Shown: positions 60,704 through 64,000 of the stretch, piece by piece
How positions within the stretch are numbered: position 1 is the first letter of the stretch
How the letters are laid out: each line of letters opens with the position of its first letter
Assembly: GCA_004431415.1 (NCBI GenBank)
Contig: QPMI01000453.1
Location: 1 to 64,000 of the forward strand
DNA: 64,000 nucleotides
DNA from: Cyanophora paradoxa CCMP329
Lineage: Eukaryota > Plantae > Glaucophyta
Reading direction: 5' to 3'
Position numbers and translations under genes: made by a program
The notes under the pieces: generated by a model
What the model saw: only the letters and a program-made list of their open reading frames with translations
Database searches by the model: none
What the model was told of the DNA's origin: nothing

Positions 60704-63700
60704 CCTCGCACCTTCTCATCCTCTAGCGGGTCCTATAAGGCTCTCTCTCTCCCCTTCCTTTACATAAATAAACTCTAGGAGGCCCTCCTCGTCCAAGTTT
60801 CGCACCTTCTCGTCGAGAGGGTCGCCGAGGTCGTAGAAGCGGGCGTCCGGGCGCCCGTCGTCCCCCGTCATGTGGTGCTGCATCGAGAAGACCTGCGGGG
60901 GGCGGATGGGCGGGCGGGGAGGGGGGGAGGTGAGCGGGCGGGCGAGCGGGCGGGCGGGCGGGCGGGCTAGAGATAGGTAGGTGCCGCTACTGTAAACCGG
61001 ATCTAACCCGCCCGCCGCCAATCTAAATCTAATCTAGACCCGGCACCTTCTCGAGGTAGTGTCGTTCTGCTAGCTGCGATCCCATCCTAAATCTAGATCT
61101 AATCTAAATCTAAATCTAGATCAAATCCGGCACCTTCTCGATCCATTCCACCTAGGTCTAATCGCGGCCGCCCGCCGCTAATATAAATCCAATCTAGACC
61201 CTTCTCTGGGGCACCTTCTCCGAGGTAGGTGCCGTTCTGCTGTCCCATCCCACCTTCCAGGCTCCTATCATACATCTAGGCTCCTATCATACATCTAGAC
61301 TCCTAGATCCGGCACCTTCTCGAGGCAGGTGCCCTAGAGAAGGGTCCTAATCACTAAATCCAAATCAAATCCAGGGCACCTTCTCGAGGTAGGTGCCGTT
61401 CTGCTTGGGGGACCCGAAGACGAGCTCGGAGACCTCCCGCCAGAAGTCCGCGAACTCCCCCTCCAGCCCAGACTGGGCGAGAAGGAGAATAAGCACAAGC
61501 AGAAGCTCAGCATAAGCAGAAGCTCTGGCTCTAGCTCTCCAGCCCCGACTGGGCGAGCGAGAAGGAGAATAAGCACGAGCAGAAGCTCAGCATAAGCAGA
61601 AGCTCTGGCTCTAGCTTCAGAATAAGCAGAAGCTCTAGCTCTAGCTCTAGCTCTAGCTCTAGCTCTAGCTTTGGAATAAGCAGAAGCTCTAGCTCTAGCT
61701 CTAGCTTCTTCACGACTGGAGGTGAAGAAGCGTGAGGACCAGCTCTAGCTCTTAAAGAAGAGAAGAGAGAGCCGAGGCGAGGCAGTGGAGGGGCGGGGCG
61801 GGGCAGGGCGGGGCTGGCGCGCTTGATAGATGCCCAGGAACGAAGCGGCGGCGGCGGCGGGAGAAAGAAAGCGAATAATACCAAGGGCTAGCTCTAGCTC
61901 TAGCTCTTGGGGAAGGGGACGAGGCGGGCAGCGGGGTGGCGGGGCGGGGCGGGGCGGGGCGGGGCGGGGCGGGGCGGGCGTTCTAGAGGCTCGGCCCTCC
62001 TAGGAATGAGGCGGGCGGCGGCAGCGGCGGCGGGGCGCACGGAACGGGGGCGGCTCCGGCCCGGCCCTTCTAGGAACGGCGGCGGCTTCCTAACGGGGTG
62101 GGGTGGGGCGGGGCGGGGCGGACGCGGCGGGCGTTCTAGAGACCCGCTCTCGCGCTTCAAGGAACGATCTCTCTCCTAGGGTCTCCTAGGCGGAGCGGGA
62201 GGGGCGGGGCGGCTTCCTAACGGGGCGGGGCGGGGCGGGGCGGGGCGGACGCGGCGGGGGTTGTGGAGGCCGTAGGCCTTGAGGATGGCCTCCAGCCGCT
62301 CCGCCACGGGCCTGCGCATGGGCGTTGGGGAGGCGTTCCCGTAGACGGCTTGTCCACTAAGAGAAGAATCTTAGAACTAAAAGAATCCCCTAGTAAGAAA
62401 AGACGCCGCCACGGGCCTGCGCGGGCGTTGCAGGAGGAGGAGGAGGAGGAGAGGGGGAAGCGCTGGGAAGCCGAGCGAGCCGCCGTAGACGGCTTGTCCA
62501 CTAAGAGAAGAATCTTAGAACTAAAAGAGTCCCCTAGTAAGAAATCCCCGTTGCAGGAGGAAGAGGAGGAGGAGGGGGAGGAGGAGGAGGACGAGGAAGC
62601 TAAGAGCTGTGCGAATCTCTAACTAAGAGAAGAAGCTTAGAACTAAGAGGCTAACTAAGAGAATCTCTAACTAAGAGAAGAAAGACAAGCTGGCGGAGGG
62701 GAAGGGCGTACACGTCGAAGGCGGAGTCGGAGGCGCCGGGGAGCTCGGAGCCGTGCTCGCCCATCGCCGCCATGTGCGCCACCGCCCGCACCGCCGCCCG
62801 CGCAGTCTTCGGAGGGGGGTACGGTGAGTGTGTGAGAGAGAGAGAGAGAGGGAGAGAGAGGACGCGGCGGCGGCGTTGTGGGTTCATCTAAGCGTCTATG
62901 CTTCGTTCGTCTCGGCAGCACCTTCATAGATGCATAGATAGATCAAGAATCAAGAAGACCCTATATATAAAGAGCTTCTTCAGGGTCTTATATATAAGCA
63001 CCTTCAGGGTCTTCTTGAAGCGCGCGGTGACGCCCCCGGCCCCGGCCCCGGCCCCAGCGCCGCCCTCGCCCTTGGCCGACGCCGCGCCGCCCCCTTGCTG
63101 CGGCTCCGGCTCGTCGGCGCTCGCCGCGTTCTCCGCCCCGATGCGCGCCGCGGCGGCCAGATCCAGCAGCTTGAGAGCCGGCTTGGGCTTGATGTTGCCG
63201 GCCGGCTTCGGGGCCGCGTCGCCGTCGCCGTCGCCGCCGCTTTCAAAGGCGGCCGCCTCTGCGGGGGCGGGCGGGCGGGGGCCGCTCAGGGCCGGAGGAG
63301 GAAGGGAGGGGAGAGGGGGGGGGGGAGGGGGAGGGGGGTATGCGCACTGCGGAAGCGGACGGAGACGCTGCCGGCCGCCGGGGACGGGCCCTCTGCAGCC
63401 GACGCCGGCGCCGGCGCCGGCGCAGCCTCAGCGGCGGCGGCCGGCGCCGACGAGTCGTCCTCCTCAGCGGTCGGATCGTCTCGGGCCCGCCTGGGCGCGC
63501 GCGCGGGCGGATCAAATCTCGGATCAATTCTCGGATCAAATCTCTGCTCTACGCACTTGGCCATGAGCCCGACGGCGCGCGCCATGGAGATGACCTTCTC
63601 CCCCTCCCCGTGCCGCGAGAAGTACTGCGCCGAAAAAGTCTCAGAGCGCACGCGCTTGAGGCCACTGCCGCAAGCGCAAGAGGCCTCGTAGGGAGAGGAG

Positions 63701-63931
63701 TTCGAGGGGGCGCGCCCGCGCGCCTTTAGGATGGCGTTTATAGCTTAAGAGCGCGTAAAAAGAGCTGTGCTTTAGGGCGCTCAAAAAGAGCTTGAGAGCG
63801 CTTATGTAGTAAGGCGGCGGGGTCGTAGGCGGCGGCGGAAACGTCTCAGATCCTACATCTAAAGCTCTTGCCCGCGCGGCTCTATGATGGCCCGAGGGCG
63901 CGCGTTCGCTCGCCTTGAGGATGGCGTTCAT
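59199..63931 (-). CDS. Host multi-exon gene of unknown function; 5' end may lie outside the window
   Basis: GT-AG flanked exons e.g. SGLEGEFADFWREVSELVFGSPKQNGTYLEK, VFSMQHHMTGDDGRPDARFYDLGDPLDEK, ELALDDLMFRYGVSRRPDYDEIRDQ, VHLVILLHDRLHCAKWAVENLRFK. Confidence 0.5.
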
Positions 63932-64000
63932 GGGGTTGTAGACGGCAGCAGCTTAAGAACGCTAAAGAGGAGCTTATAAAGAGCTTATATAAGAGGACGG

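Noticed and set aside
61042-61410. CRISPR-like array of palindromic GGCACC...GGTGCC repeats
   Set aside because: Irregular spacing, low-complexity spacers, no cas genes, eukaryotic context; the repeat is a duplicated exon tail plus splice donor
46756-64000. Numerous Arg/Pro/Gly/Ala-rich ORFs in the ORF track
   Set aside because: Products of high GC and simple repeats; only motif-supported exons were accepted

Overview
Eukaryotic (GC-rich, intron-containing, protist/alga-like) genomic window in three parts. (1) 1-~11,795 is an AT-rich endogenous Polinton/Polinton-like virus region. It carries the pPolB C-terminus, an rve integrase, a truncated penton, a double-jelly-roll MCP, an A32 packaging ATPase, a PrimPol-D5/SF3 helicase and two RING proteins, plus hairpins, iterated motifs and a shared upstream promoter motif. 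It appears mosaic and ends abruptly inside a host exon. (2) ~16,530-41,000 is a nest of mobile elements: an APE-RT-RNase H non-LTR retrotransposon is split by a 17.3-kb Ty3/Gypsy element (identical 283-bp LTRs, GCGCC TSD), which itself holds a 413-bp foldback MITE with a 6-bp TSD. The Ty3/Gypsy element is the most unusual object. Its LTR-adjacent PBS and PPT lie on the + strand while gag-pol is entirely on the - strand. It also carries an internal inverted copy of its LTR-end/PBS junction and about 6.4 kb of unrecognisable coding sequence between the Gag zinc knuckle and the protease. (3) The remainder is host sequence: beta-helix repeat genes, an ARF GTPase, an ARM-like repeat gene, an AP2-domain factor, unknown genes, MITEs and simple repeats. 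Many ORFs have single-base frameshifts that may be long-read assembly errors. All calls are from motif recognition by eye; no searches were run.
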